Positions 13,249 to 27,299 of a stretch of DNA of 64,000 nucleotides are shown here, piece by piece. This stretch comes from Ancylonema sp. (taxonomy: Eukaryota), in the NCBI GenBank assembly GCA_050230475.1, contig JBFLGF010000047.1:1-64000 (forward strand). The letters are read 5' to 3'. The position numbers and the translations under genes were made by a program. Position 1 is the first letter of the stretch; every line of letters begins with the position of its first letter. Below the pieces are notes generated by a model that did no database searches, was not told the DNA's origin, and worked only from the letters and a program-made list of their open reading frames with translations.

Positions 13249-15731
13249 TCATTGCCTCACTTCTTCATTTTTGTTGTTTGCCTCGCAATTGGCGCCCCGC
13301 TCCCGCAGAAACTCCAACAACTTACTCATTTGTTTGTCGTCTGTACCATAATTGAGAAAGTGTATGCACATGCATGCATGGGTGAGTATGACGTGGGCTT
13401 TTCTTTTGAGAGCATTCACGAGCATCTCCAAGATATGCACGAGGAAGTGAGTTATCTTGATGATTAGGCAATCATCAACCATTGCACTCGTGAATGGACT
13501 GGGTCTTACATCGGCACTACAAGTCACAACTTAAGAATAATAGTTTTACATAAGAGGCTTCAAAGAAAGTGCAAGGGTGCATTATGGCCTTCCCGTATGC
13601 TCCACAACTGATCTTATTGACGTGCGGATATGTGAATACGCAAGAAAGCCTCCGCCAAAAGTCAGTCACATTCGCATTTTGATCCGCTAAGATGCATGAT
13701 TTCCACAAAAATGACCCCACAGAGCCGTTGCCCACCTTAAACCCGCAATGTCAGCCACATGTGTGCTACAACCAAGGTGCCGTAGCAATACACTGTCCAT
13801 GTCCGTCTCACCTAAACGGGGCACAATGTGTCCAAACCCATGCCTTACGACGAGGGGAGTGTGGAAAGAAGCAAAGAGAGCTTCACTCCGTTGCCTCAAG
13901 CAGTCTTTGTCCCCTGCTCCAAAGAAACACCGCGCTCGTCACTCATGTCATGTTGAACATAGATATACGCGCCCGCGGGCAAGGAAATTTCCGCCTGCCT
14001 CCGCCCGCGTGTACATCTTGACCAGCGTGTACATCATAATGTTGAAGGCACATGAGATGGGGCACAACCAAAACCGGATTCGCAAACCAAAGCCGTTCTA
14101 CAACAAAATGAACGTGAGATGGAAACGGTGCGGCTACATGCCTCCATGAACGAACGGGTGCCAAGTGGCACAGTTAAACCGGGCGACGTTAGGAATGACC
14201 CACCAATGATATGGAGGGACGGAAGGAGGACGGGCACATCAAAGAGGTTTTGAAGAGAGTCAGCACGAGGTTTGGTTCCTCCCATGAGTATGCAAAAGCA
14301 CGGCCAATCCGCATCTGGAAACGAACTTCCCTACATCAAAATGAGGAATAAAGGAGAAGGACCAAAAAAAGGACAAAAATACATCATGGAAATGACGCTG
14401 TGGACAAAAACTGGCCAGCACAAACAACCAACAACGAAGACACACATCTAGACATCGCATCTTTTGGTAGGCGCACAATAACACGTGACGATAGTAGTCA
14501 CTACGGTCTACAAACAATGTAAGGTCACACTTGCAGAAAGGCCTTGGAGAGATGATTTCACCTTCTGCCGAATTGCGAGCAGGGCTGATGTAAGCATGGC
14601 TCCCTGTCATTCCGGTCCCATTCCAACAACCAATGACGGTCAAGTTCGATACAAACGCCTCTAGTGCCAAGAAGCAACCACCCCCCATCGCACCCCCTTT
14701 GTTTTGTCATTGCTAGTGCCCTCTAGTGTGGCACCTGGGAGAAGCCGATGAGGCCCTGGAAGGGGCCGTGCATCCTTATGTAGTCACACACGTACGCGAC
14801 ACTCTCTTCGAAGCCAGAATAGAAGCTGTAATCCTGTGGGGGATAGGAACATAATAAAAAGTGAATTTTCCAACCCGAATGTCTTCAAAGTTTATTTGAT
14901 TATAAGTTTTATTTATTTGCTTACTAGGGTGGCTTCTACTATGTCATTATTGGCCCTCTCGAACATTTGCACACTCAGTGATATTGCGCGTGTCCACACC
15001 CTATGTGGTAAGAAACGGTTATTTTTGCTTTACTACAATGACATTCGAGATATGAGCCGCTTCCCACCCCCTCTCTCCTGATTTTTGCCAATAGCACCAA
15101 ATAGAAAGGCATGGATATCCATTCCATTTGGTTGGAAAAACAAAACATCGTTTGACATTCCCCCGATGTGGTACGACCAACTCATTAGCTTCTTTCTTGA
15201 TTACGCGCATCTTCTCACTTGGGATGCCGCCCACCACTGAAAATATGGAGGATCAAAATATCCCTCAACATCTGATTTTCCTGTGGCAATGAATGGAGCG
15301 TCAAGGAACACCTGGAGCCACCACAAGGGCGATATGTTTTGCACTTCTTGCGTTCGTTGCTGGAAACGGGACCACGCAATAAGAGGGTCACAATCCGTCT
15401 AGAAGATGGACGATTGAGACGAGGGAGGGCCTCATGATTGACTCAACCTGGATGCAATAATCCAACCTGATCCAACCCGTCTCGTCCTACTGCTCAAGTC
15501 GGTTCCAAAGTCGTAAAAGAATAGAAAGTTCGGTGATTTCCCTCTGTGCAATCGCCCAGCCTGACTGACTTTTTACGCATATGGATATTGGCGTAGTCAA
15601 TGTCTTACCAGGTCAAGGATGGAGTCTAGAGCTGCTGGCCACAGAGCTTTTGCCATCTGCGCCTTAAAAATGACTCCACTGGTGCGGAAACTGTGTAGAC
15701 ACAGAACTCTCATTCTGGGCAAAGAAGCCAT
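13249..15731 (-). CDS. FSH1/OVCA2-type serine hydrolase, 225 aa
   Basis: Exons 15731-15609, 15311-15219, 14833-14735, 14603-14562, 14330-14204, 13913-13812 and 13340-13249. Motifs RVLCLHSFRTS, GPFQGLIGFSQGA (nucleophile Ser), PSLHIIGDKD (Asp) and GHIVP (His). Confidence 0.9.
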
Positions 15732-16397
15732 CAGACGTCCCTGATCCCTTACATAGATTGGAAAGTAGATCACGAGCACTTTACGTTGAGAGCAATCGTC
15801 CTCTCCACACAATGATGAAGGTGAGTAAAGAAGACCTGAAGACGGCGACTGTATCAATCCCAGAAGCAAAACAATGAACACTCTTTGCTGAAACCACCAA
15901 AATGGGAATGGAGCACCGGGTGGTTTCGCAGGAATCCTGCATGCTTGCTCGACCATACACACATCATACAATGCCGTGTATTACATACATCATACATCGT
16001 GCTTCATAACATAAACATTGCACATCATCGGCGACGTCATAAATCATACATCAGCTTCTAATCGGTTAATCGGTTGATCGGTAAATCGCATACCGAACAT
16101 CATATATCCTACATCATATATCAACATACATCATACACCATACCGGCATGTACCGGCACATCATAAATCCATGAGAACCATGATCCTGCTGCAGGATTCC
16201 TGGATCTCACTGTGGCATTCCCAATCTACGTTCGATCATAATATGTACCGGCAGTTCGCTGCAGTCCTACGACGGGCGCAAAGAATGTGTAGCGATATTT
16301 ATTCTCGTACTCAGCATTGAGCGTTTCCGATCTGCGCCTTGTACTCGGAGGGTGCGACATTTCAAAAACACTGTTTGTTACCGTCAGTAGAGACGGC

Positions 16398-18885
16398 ATG
16401 GGAGAAGATGATATGGAACTTGAGCGGCAGCTTGAGGAGCAGGTTGCTGAGAACCGTTCCTCACTCGCCGCCATTGAAGAAGCGCTTTTGGAAGAACACA
16501 GCGCAGAGCTAGTCGAGGTAGCCATGCTTTCCTGGCCACCGCAAGACGCAACTTTACCAATATTCCATGAGACGAGTAGCTGTGTATTCTGCTTGGGACG
16601 CGTTTTAATATGCGCCAATTTTACGGTGTCATCGACCACCTACGACATCAGTAGAGTGCAGAAAAAGAGTATGGACTGTGCTGGGGGCAATGTGCATGAC
16701 ATTGTTTTGCTGTCCGTTTGTATACCCGTGCCTCATCTACCCCCGTTCTCGCATTGTCCGGCACCGTTCAGATGCAAGAAGAACTCCGACAGGCCGTCAA
16801 GATTGCAGAGCAGGGGCTCCTCAATCTCAAGCGTTCGCGTCTCCTGCGTCAAATTGGCATCATGGAGAGTGCGGATGGCAATCCTCAGACAGAATCTCTT
16901 TACGAGAATACTCCATCAGGCACCCAATTCTCCGAATCATGTGTCGAGATCCCGAATTATGCACCATATCTGAAAGGTAACTCGGACATCGCGTCTGACG
17001 TCATTGTGGAGTTTGTGGATCCGGTTAATGGGAGGGTACATGACTCCGCAAAGGCCGTTAAAGATGGCGACTGGCCACTAGATTCGATGTGTAGATTCAG
17101 GCACCGAGATGGGCGTTGGTACACGGGGGTGGTCATAGCTTCTGACAGGGCCGAGGATCCCAATCAGAGTGGAGTGGGGGAAGTAGTTGTGAAGTTTGCG
17201 CATCCGACTCGAGAGTCGATGAAGGTACATCACCATGACATCATAGCTTGGAGATATGATGCCTAAATGTGATGTAACCAACGCATAACATTACCTGCCC
17301 GGGATACTGTCGCCGACTTACTGTGACCCCTCTTCGGCCGCCTGTTTTGATTCCCGTTGTCTACTCCCTCCATAACCGCCTCCTACCACTGGACAGGTTT
17401 GCAGGTTCTACTTGGAAGACAGGTGTGACTTCGGAGATTCATGTCGCTTCTCACATGGTGAGCAGCAGCAAACCTTATCATCAAACCAGAGGACCAACGA
17501 CCACCGACCACCGACCACCTGCCCCGAGATTCGCCCCCTCCCTGCTTGCATCTCAGTACACACAGGCTACTTGATTGCAAATCAGGACTCCTTTCGAGAC
17601 ACGTGTGTCGGACATACACAGCAGCGAGGGTGTGTGACCCAATCACGAGCCAACCTCACAAATGTGAACCCCCTCATTTCCAGGTCATCGAGTCCCCTCC
17701 GCCTCCCTGAACCCGTACACAGCAGTGGATCCGACTACCCTCCCCCTGGGGTCTCTCGTGTGGGTAGCCGTGGGAGCCTCGGGCCTCTGGCAGCAGGCTG
17801 AGTTGGAGGCCAAGGATGTGGACTGCTTCTCTGTGGCGCTCACGTACAACGGGAAGAGGGCGCAAGTTGGGCCGAACGACATTGTGGCGCTCAAGTACGG
17901 GGATGAGAGCGAGGTGGAAGGTCACGCGTACACGTATGAGGTTCAGGGGGGCAGGGAGAGGGAGGATATGGAGGCTGGGGAGGGTGGGGAAGAGGGGGCG
18001 GAGTGGGAGGATGAGGAGGAGGGGGATGATAGTGAGGAAGATGATGATGAGGAGGAGGAGGAGGGTGTGGGGGGAGTGGGGGGGGAGGGGAGGGAGTGGG
18101 GGGGATTGGGGCTTGGTTCTTTTCCAGAGGCTCAGGAAATGCTAAGAGCAGGAATCCAGACAGAGACTGTGAATTTCGCGGAGTGGGAGAGGCACACGAG
18201 GGGCATGGCATCCAAAATGATGGCCTCCATGGGGTTCAAAGAAGGGATGGGGTTGGGGGTGAGGGGGCAAGGGATCGTTGCACCGATTGAGGTGAGAAGG
18301 GACGTGAAGAAGGCTGAAGGAGGGGAGTACGTGAAAAAGGGGGGGGGGGTGGGAGCCGGGGGGGTGGTGGTGGGTGTTGCTAGGGGTGAGGTAGAGGGGG
18401 AGGGGGGGAAGAAGAAGCGGAAGGCGAGAGGGGGGGAGAGGAGGAGGCGGCAGAAGTTCGCGGCTGCCCTGAGGAAGAGTAAGGAAGGGAATGATGACGA
18501 GTTTGCGCCGGACTTGTTCAGTTTCATCAACGGCCAGCTGTCGAAGTCTGTGGGGAGCAAGACGGAAGGGGTTGGCGTTAGTAAAGCCGGGGCAAAAGAA
18601 GGACAAGATGGGGGGAGGGGTAAGAAAGGGAAGTCCGCCCCTGCTCCGTTTGTAGATAGAAGAGCCCTCTTAGCGCGAGAAGACGAGCTTCAGGATTTGG
18701 TGTCTAGAATTGGGAAGTTGGAGGAGATGGCGGGGAGGAATAAGAACGACAAGAATGTTTATACTCAGGTGCAGAGGAAATTAGGGGAGGCAAAAGCGGC
18801 GCTTGCAAAGGCGAAGGGCGCTCATGCTATTGCTCACCAGGATATGTATAGAAAAGAACAGAACAAGAAATTGATGAAGTTTTGA
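16398..18885 (+). CDS. ZGPAT: Zinc finger CCCH and G-patch domain protein (ZGPAT-like), about 611 aa
   Basis: Exons 16398-16517, 16772-17224, 17397-17457 and 17684-18885. Tudor-like CRFRHRDGRWY, CCCH finger CRFYLEDRCDFGDSCRFSH, G-patch WERHTRGMASKMMASMGFKEGMGLG...G, and C-terminus KKLMKF. Confidence 0.9.
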
Positions 18886-20427
18886 GCATGTATGTCATTC
18901 AGCGACGCGGGAAGCCACGCGTACAACATGTACATACATGTATGGGTGCTTCTTTTAGCGAATGAGGATAGGTACAAATGCTTGTACAAATGGATCGGTG
19001 AACATCTCGTTAATATGCGTTTTACAGAAGTCTTTTATTCTTTCTCCTGCAACACCGATTTTGTTTTATCCAATCTGTACCATGCTTGCTTTGTGCTACA
19101 GAAACATGTGCTTATGCTGTGTACTCATGAACAATTCAATGGAGTTCACGTTGTATTACATAACCTTATCATAATTGGTTCCGCATCTAGATGCACCCGT
19201 TTCGAATTAGATGTTATTCCATGCTGATCTCCAAGTACCAACAAGATTTCAGGTTGCTCAACCCAGTAGCAACTGTTAATACATCAGATGGTGCACCGAT
19301 GACAAGGGTGACTTATTGCCACCCTTTCTTATTGCAAGCACGATTGCGAATTTCGACTTGCAACTCTCTGGAGTAAACATCGCAAACTTCAAATTTCTTT
19401 GCACCCCTTCCTGTGCCTCTTAGAAAATCCATCCATAGTGGTCCCCATTGTATCTCGTGGGCATGCAGTAAGCTATTAAGCCCCTTGTTGGTTTTGGATG
19501 TGAAATTGGAAAACCTTCCTTTAAACAAAAAGAGGGTTCTCTATCTTAACGCTCACAACAGAAGGTGCATTGATAGGGTGACTCACTCTCCATTGTTGAC
19601 TTTTGTGAAAGAATTCCCCTAACCGTCTTTAACGTGGTTTTTGTACTGCAGCCAAACTCGATCCAAGATCAAGACCCCGTAATCCTTCACGTATTTTTCA
19701 CACCGAATTGAATTTGTGGAAGAGATGGACGTGGCTGAACTCCCCAAAGACCCCGAGGATTGTCATTGCTATACCCGGTCCGAATCCAAATCTAGGCGGT
19801 CCATAATGTAGTTGGTGCCGGTTCGAATGACTCTAGTGAAAGCGTGATATCACACGATTGTAGCGAGGAGGTCGCCTTTGGATTGAAGCTGACAGGATGA
19901 AATGCTTACACAAAACCTTGATGCAGGACAGCTACACTTATTGATGCACTACTATGCAACTCCACAGCCCAACTTTCCACTCCCAAAAAAGTTGAATTGT
20001 ATTCAACATCATGTATTCGATTTTAATAATTGATACTTGGGTGTGGGTGCAATACTAACAGAGATCAGGCCCAAGGTAGTGGCACAAAATTGGTTACTGC
20101 AAAGAGATTGGTTGTTGTTAGAGAGACTACCCTCTTTCAGATTTTTCTTGATTTCACATAAAGTTCATGACTTGGAAACTTTTGATTCTACAAAAAAAAA
20201 ACGGCGCACAAACTGAGTTGGCGATCCCATCCAATTGTTGTACATTTCGTAGGCTTCTAATTTGTTTGTCGGTTGTCCCAATCGTGGTAAGAACGTGGTC
20301 GAGCATCTCGAAGTCGCGACATTGGATGACACTAAGTGTGTGGTGCTTTAATGGACACGCATGCCATTAGGCCCTAGCTACGCAAAAAGCTTATGCTAAC
20401 CTCAGACAACGTTTCCAATCCCGGCCC

Positions 20428-23400
20428 TTACGACAGGACCGTCTTTGGAAACGGGTCCACTTTACTCAGCACCACCACTTTGCTCTTGTGTGAAAAGTAG
20501 CCCTTCATCAAATTCTTGTAGATCATTACTGCCATTATGCACTCCACCTGCTCACCCCCGGAGGAGACAAACCGATGCGATGTGAGTCAACCCAAATATG
20601 GATAGGATAAGATATACAGGATTGTGTTGACTCACTAAATACACTGAATCTCCATTGTGTAGACTATTCCCTTGGAGGAATCACTAAAAACAAGATTTTC
20701 GTTCTTCACACCCAATATGTGATGTTCAAGAAACATATGCCAGCACATTCGATATCAAAATAACAAAATCGTGTTTTTTGGGGTTTCTAGTTTCGAGGCA
20801 TAGTGGCCTTAGTTGGTTTCATTTGTTTTCTTGATCGATGTTGCATAACCACATAAGTTACCACAGATTGCAGAAGAAACCCTCACATGGACTTTTAATG
20901 AGCCCACAAACCTATCTCCAACCCCCGATTCGTGGTGAAAAATAACATTACCTCCTCAATATCCATGTCGACTTTGAGCCACTTCAAGGCAGCCACAACT
21001 CCATCCATCTTTATTTGATGCGCCTTGGCGGGATCGGTTTCTCGTTGAATATGATACCTGGAAACAAATGGCACGACCCGGTTGGATATATGTGGTTTGG
21101 TTCTGGCTACTTCTATTGCTCCCGTAAAACCAGGCATGTCAATCCCATTACTCTCAAACCTCGATGTAAGAAACTTCGTTATAAGAAACTCTTCGCTATA
21201 AGAGACTGTTTTGAAATTTTGTTTTTGCGTTTTTACACTCAATGTGTAATATACATGAGAAACATTCTCTATTATCAACTTTTTTTAACGATTTTTTAAG
21301 GTTTCGTATATCGAGATTTGAGTGTACTGCCCCCCCCAACTTGTGTCCGCCCACCTCTACATGAAGAAGAATGATGTTATGTTATGATGTTATGAAGTTA
21401 TGATGTTATGATGTTATGATGTCATGATGTTATGATGTCATGATGTTATGATGTTCATGAAAAACAAATGCCTCCTTTGAAGTCATTTCGGTTCCCCATA
21501 CCCCACCCCCTAGTTCCGCCCCAACGCACAATTTCTTGATCAGCCGTCTATACACTTGCAGCTCCAGTTTCTCCAAAACCAAATACACCCCTGCACGCAG
21601 AAACCTGAAATCCCCCAGCCCCCCATCGCCTGTGACCTCCTGTCTGTGAATCTATTCTCCACTGTTGCAGTCCTCCCTCGTCCGCGGCATCTCTTGATGT
21701 AGGCACACCCTCAAAAGAGACACCGCACCGAAGACCCTATTACTTGCCCTCTGTAAATGCACACTTTTCATAGACGCACCAGGAGACCCTTTACAACGAA
21801 GATGCCCCTATATGGCGACAAGTGACTGTACCCATTCCCTTTCTAAACGAAATACTTATCCCCCCCCCCCTACTCACTCCTCCTCATGGTCCTGCAGTGA
21901 GGCTCTCAGCATCCTCACATCCCCCAGTTTCATGGCCTTCACGACGCCTATATACTGGGGGGTAAACAAAGAAACAAGTTGCAATCCCCCCCCGCCCCCC
22001 CCGGCCGCATTCAACGTTCCTTGCCATGCACTGGTGTGGTGAGGCAGGGCAGTTCGTTATAAGAAACGATGGTATGGGAAGCTCGTTGGGATGAAACTGG
22101 GTGGGCTTTGGGGTATTCACGTACATGATATAACAACAATACAAGTTCCGTGTGACAACCAGCTTCCCATGCTTATCTGCGCTTATCCAGGCTTATTCTT
22201 ACATTGAGGATTCAGTCCCCATTGCCCACCTGCGGCAGTTTGTGTTCTCTCAACATTGAGTCTTTGGGGAGGTGCCCAAGAGACATGCGCACGGGGATGA
22301 GGTAGGTCAGAATGCGACTGAAACCAACAAACCCCCAACATCACCCGGGGTGAGACATGGGGAGAGGGAGGCGGGTGATGTGAGCATGAGCAGGGTGATG
22401 AGGATGATGGGGATGAGGATGGTGAGGATGATGAGGATGATGCGATGGTATGTGTACCGTATGTTCCCCCGTTTCTGCGCATGGCACACGCGGAGAGCGT
22501 ATTGGAGCGCTCCGTCTGCCTGAATTAAAAACCCCCAAGAATAAACAACGATATATATGATCAATTTACAAATATGTACACGTACATGTACATGTACACG
22601 TAAATGCAGACGTATATGTACACGTACACGTACATATATATGTACCCGTACACGTATATGTACACGTATATGCGGGACACGAGACATGGGGGATCAGCCA
22701 TTTGCTTTCTCACCGCTTTGAAGTTGTCGTTGAACACTTCGAGTCGTCCCGTGTAGTATTTGTATGTCACCTGCAGGCAACAACCACCAACCACCAACCA
22801 ACGGCTGCCACGTCAGCTCGCTGACTCCGTCGGCACGTGGCAGCATGGGGATGCAGTCGCGCCATGGGTGAGTACGAGTACGGATGGTGGACACCAAAAC
22901 ATAAAAACACAAAAACACAAAAACACAAAAACACAAAAAAACAAAAACACAAAAACACAAAAACACAAAAACACAAAAACCCAAAAACACAAAAACACAA
23001 AAACACAAAAACACAAAAACACAAAAACACAAAAACACAAAAACACAAAAACACAAAAACACAAAAACACAAAAACACAAAAACACAAAAACACAAAAAC
23101 AAACAGGTGTGCATGGTTACAAATGAGTGTGTGTACATTTAGACACATGGCAGCATAGAAATATAATGGGTTCTTTGTATTTTGTATATTTTTGTCCAAC
23201 CGGACAAAAGAAGCGTGTGATGGCTGGATGATGTGTGATGTCGTACATACTCAAAAGTATAAAAGTAATAAAGTTCAAAAATATAGAAGTATTAAAGTTC
23301 AAAAGTATAGAAGTATTACACTTAAAACGTATACAAGTATGAAAGAACAAGAGTATACGTGTATTAAATTCTAAAGCATAAAAGTATTTAAGTTCAAAAG

Positions 23401-23688
23401 TATAAAAGTATGGAAGTACAATAGTAAAAAAATGTGATGACAACTGAAGAAGCGACCCATTTCAAAAGATGGCCCACTGCCTGAGCGCCACCTGTCCCTC
23501 CTCCTCTCTTCCCTCCACTGACCTGGTCTCTGGCCGGGAAATCGTCGAAATTGATCTGCCCGTTCTCGATGACGCGGATGACGCTGCGGCACAAATGAAA
23601 CGTGTCCAGCTGCACAAACACCCCCAACCCCCAACCCCCAACCCTACCCAGTTTTCAGGCCACGGCTCCGATCCCAGCCATCTCTGCA

Positions 23689-23721
<33 letters not shown>

Positions 23722-25789
23722 GCTGCTGCTGTGGCCGCCTGTGGGTGCTGTGCTTTACCTTGAAGTATATTTTGAAGAGCTGGCAGGCCACATAGAGGGC
23801 TCCCGCGCGCTTTGGGCCCGAACCCTGAACAGTCAAGCACCGTACAGCCCCAATCAATGGGTGATCACGGCTTTTCATGCGGTTTTTTATGCAAGAGGGA
23901 CAGAAAAGGGACCTGTACCGGTTTCATGTTACACCTACACCCGACCTACCGAATCCGTCTACGACCTCCACCACCCCCGGATTCCCTTCAGCTCCTGATT
24001 TTTTATGGGAGTGGGTGAGAGGTGATTCCATAAGATACTCGGGTACACCTCGCAACTCACCGCCAGTGCTCCAAAGACCTTCATGAGGAACGACCCCGCC
24101 CCCTTGAGGCGGTCGGGAGGGAGAGCCCCTGAAGCAGCGGCGGCGTCTGCCTGCACTGGGACGGCAGAGACACGTTAGGGGGACCACCGTGGGGGACGGA
24201 ATGGGGGGGGTGCTGGACTCGGCATTGGGAGGTCGGAGGAAGGCAAGGAATGGAGGAAGGAAGAAGGAGGAAGAAAGGAGGAAGGAGGGAGAGGGAAGGA
24301 AGAAGGAAATAGGAGGGAGAAAGAAGGATGAATGGAGAAGGAAGAAGGGAGAAGGAAGATGGAAGGGGGAAGAAGGAAGGGGGAAGAGGGAAGAAGGAAG
24401 AAGGAAGAAGGAAGAAGGAAGAAGGGAGAAGGAAGAGGGAATAAGGAAGGAGGATGGGGGAAGAAGGAAGAGGGGGGAGGGAAGAGGGAGGATGGAAGAC
24501 GGATGAAGGATGAAGGATGAAGGAGGAAAAAAGAAGGAAGAGGGAAGAAGGAAGAGGGACGGGGATGAAGGAAGAAAGAAGAACGAAGAAAAGTACAAGT
24601 AAGAAGGAAGAAGGACGACAAGAGGAGGGAGGCAGGATGAGCAGGGGAGGAGTGTGAGATGCGTCCCTACCATCTCTGACACTGTACGGAGGTCAAAGAT
24701 GAGACGATGGAGAGCTGCCATGGCCCATCCTGAATCCCAGTTGCGGAACTACTCCAAAAAGGAACTGGACACCAATCCCAACAGGCTCAGGGGGAGGGTC
24801 AGAGGCAGATTTGTGTTACTTTTTGGTCAGCGACAGAAAGCTTTTTCCGGTCTGCTTTGATACTTTCACAGGTTGAAATGAGGTAGTTCTCAGTGGCAGT
24901 GCTCACTTGGCTGAATTCTGGAGTTCTGAAGCTGCATCGTCGTATCTGCGGTCGTAGAAGGCCTGGAGGCAGAGGAGGTGCGACTCCAGGAAGCCCTGGA
25001 GGCCGTGAGGGTGAAGGCTCTTCGACGCACGCTTCAAATCCTGAACCCCAAACCTGACCTCGGCTGTTTGGGAGCTGGAATCTGGCCATCTGTGGATGGT
25101 GTGGATGCAGTTCAGGACCCTAAGCAGAGACAGTTCCTTATTGGCTTGGGACTGGAATATGCTGGATGGTGTGATACTCAACCGTTATGGGAAAATTCAT
25201 GAAAAACGTAAAAATTCATTCAAGTGCAGAACGTAGCCTCTTGACTTGAATTCCTTCCCACAGAATGAATATGTAAATACGACTGAGTGCAGGATGTATG
25301 CGATGTTAAAACGGCCAATCCCACCGGATTTTCTTGACACATGGAAAGTCTGAGGGAACATAGGAGGGCTTCCTGTGATATACCGGGACCAGAAGCTTCT
25401 GTTCGTACCCTTAACCGTCGATCAGTGCACCGTTATTTTAGAGTTGTGTAGCAGTACATTACATCGCAAACCTCCGATACTTTCAAGTGTGACTACTATT
25501 GCCCTGCCCTTGTCTTGGGCCAAATTGATTACAGACTAGGTGAAGTCGTAGCTGGACTGATACTGCATGCCTGTCACTCGAAATTTGAATGTTAGTTTTG
25601 ACTCTTCTCTAGTCCGGATCAATCGTCTGCGGCCATGCGGTTGAATCCCACCTTGCCGAACCCTAGGCCTTCCACCACAATACGCTGCTTGCGCCCGCGT
25701 GGAGACACTTGCAAAAGGTGAGCCAGAGTTCTCCCATCTTGTCGAAGTATAGCGGATTCCACGCTTCCTACGTAGTCGTGCAGCTGCAT
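20428..25789 (-). CDS. EER5: PCI-domain protein EER5/THP1/PCID2 (TREX-2 subunit), 397 codons, with one in-frame TAG at codon 96
   Basis: 13 phase-consistent GT-AG exons: 25789-25652, 25040-24907, 24764-24671, 24150-24061, 23824-23759, 23609-23523, 22770-22714, 22519-22458, 22317-22230, 21954-21878, 21604-21530, 21057-20952 and 20547-20428. Peptides LKGAGSFLMKVFG, KRAGALYVACQLFKIYFK, VTYKYYTGRLEVF, GVYLVLEKLELQVY and KGYFSHKSKVVVLSK.DPFP match plant EER5. TAG at 24751-24749. Confidence 0.9.
21371..21455. repeat. (ATGATGTT)n 8-mer tandem repeat, intronic
   Basis: About 10 near-identical units read directly. Confidence 0.85.
22895..23105. repeat. (AAAAACAC)n 8-mer tandem repeat, intronic
   Basis: About 26 near-perfect units. 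They generate the spurious KTQKHKN / FLCFCVFV ORFs. Confidence 0.95.
23689..23731. repeat. (CTG)n microsatellite, intronic
   Basis: About 14 CTG units with one CTA interruption. Confidence 0.9.
24237..24650. repeat. Polypurine (GAAGGAA-like) low-complexity tract, intronic
   Basis: About 400 bp of almost only A/G on +, so pyrimidine-rich in the EER5 pre-mRNA. Confidence 0.9.
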
Positions 25790-27299
25790 TGCGCTGCAGA
25801 CTAGGTGCCCTTTCGCACTCTCAAAAATCCATTTTCAGCCCCGGATATCCATCTCCTTTTCTCTGTTATACGAGAATCGAGCACAGTACTTTCCAGGTTA
25901 CTAAAGTAAACTCCAGCTCGTTCTTCACCCCTTCTTCTCTACCATTGCACGTAGCCATCCCTCCAGTGATCATCAGGCCATCAGCCAAATTCATTCGTTC
26001 TCATACAGCAACAATTTCATGATATACCGGGCTACCTGGATACTGTCACTCAGTTTCATAGTTCAAAGTAATACCCCGACATAAGAAAGTAATACCCCGA
26101 CATAAGAAACAAGGCATGGTTGCACCATGGGACTCAGCTCTCGTTGTGTGGGCGGTCCGGGAACGGTTTTAACTTTTTTTTTATTAATGTTGAGAGTAAT
26201 TTTTTTATGACACACTAGTTTTGGCTTTAGCGAATGTTTGCGGTGTACTCATAGTTCTGACTCACGATATATGAAGCGTGTATAGAGTTTCATTATCTAA
26301 ATGCGCGCACCGTGGTTAGGTTTTGCATTTTGATTATAGGTGATTCTCATTATTGGGGAAACGATTATTTTTATTTTATTATACGTTGTGCTCTAAGTCA
26401 TTGAGTATGAAGTTCCATACTGTTGTTTGTCCTTGATTTTGTGTCTTGCTTATGTTTATAGTACTCTAGGGAGTGACACTACTATCATTTTGTGTGAATG
26501 TGTCTACATTTATTGTGTATATATCAGACTTGTCTCTTGTCACTTGTAGTTATTATATGTTTTTGTGTCACCTAGCAAGATGAAGGGTTCTATGTGGAAT
26601 GGTTGGTTATCGCATAATCTACTCTTATTTGTACATTGGCATTATTGTACCTTTTTAAAAAATTGTTGTGGATATCCAATCACTTCTTGTTTTTAAAATG
26701 AAGGTGGTTGTCATTGAGTATGAATCATGGAGGGGGTTCAGTCATCATTGTATTTTAATTCATTGTTTTTTTATCACTATTCCAACTTTTTGTTTTGTTT
26801 GTGATTGCATCACGGGATATAGTTCTCTGTAGAAAGATGAAGGACGGTGCGAAAGATCCGGTTGCTCCGTCGTACTCAGGTCTTTTGCAGATGTCATGTT
26901 ATTAGACGTGTTATTACTTTTCCCGTCTGTTTGTCAGTAATCTTCAATATTATATTAAAATTAGGCATAGGTTACTCGCGGTTATTTTTTTCTATCATAG
27001 ATGTGATTGCACCACCCGACTTTGCTCTCCGTAGGTAGTGTTGGGATTGCTTCTATGCTTGTCGTGCATGTGCGTTGTTTTTATTGGCGGGTATGCGGAC
27101 GGACATTTAGGTTTTTGTATGCCTTAATTCTTCGTATTGAATACATTTTTTCTCGGGACCTTTTTTTCTTACGTGTGTCGTATTGTCGTTGTATTCTTAG
27201 TATTTTTTATGAACGATGATATCTAGGGGAAAACTCTAGATGGAGACTTCGATTGCACCGACAGGTATACGAGTGCAACCCTGCTCCAACCGCAGTGCC

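Noticed and set aside
22694..23199. Long ORFs of FLCFCVFV / KTQKHKN repeats on both strands
   Set aside because: Translation artefacts of an intronic 8-mer tandem repeat.
23924..24721. 265-aa Ser/Phe/Pro/Leu-rich ORF
   Set aside because: Mostly a polypyrimidine intron. Only its first 17 codons belong to an EER5 exon.
26065..26106. 21-bp direct repeat x2 (AAAGTAATACCCCGACATAAG) as a CRISPR-like repeat
   Set aside because: An adjacent tandem duplication with no spacer, in a eukaryotic context.
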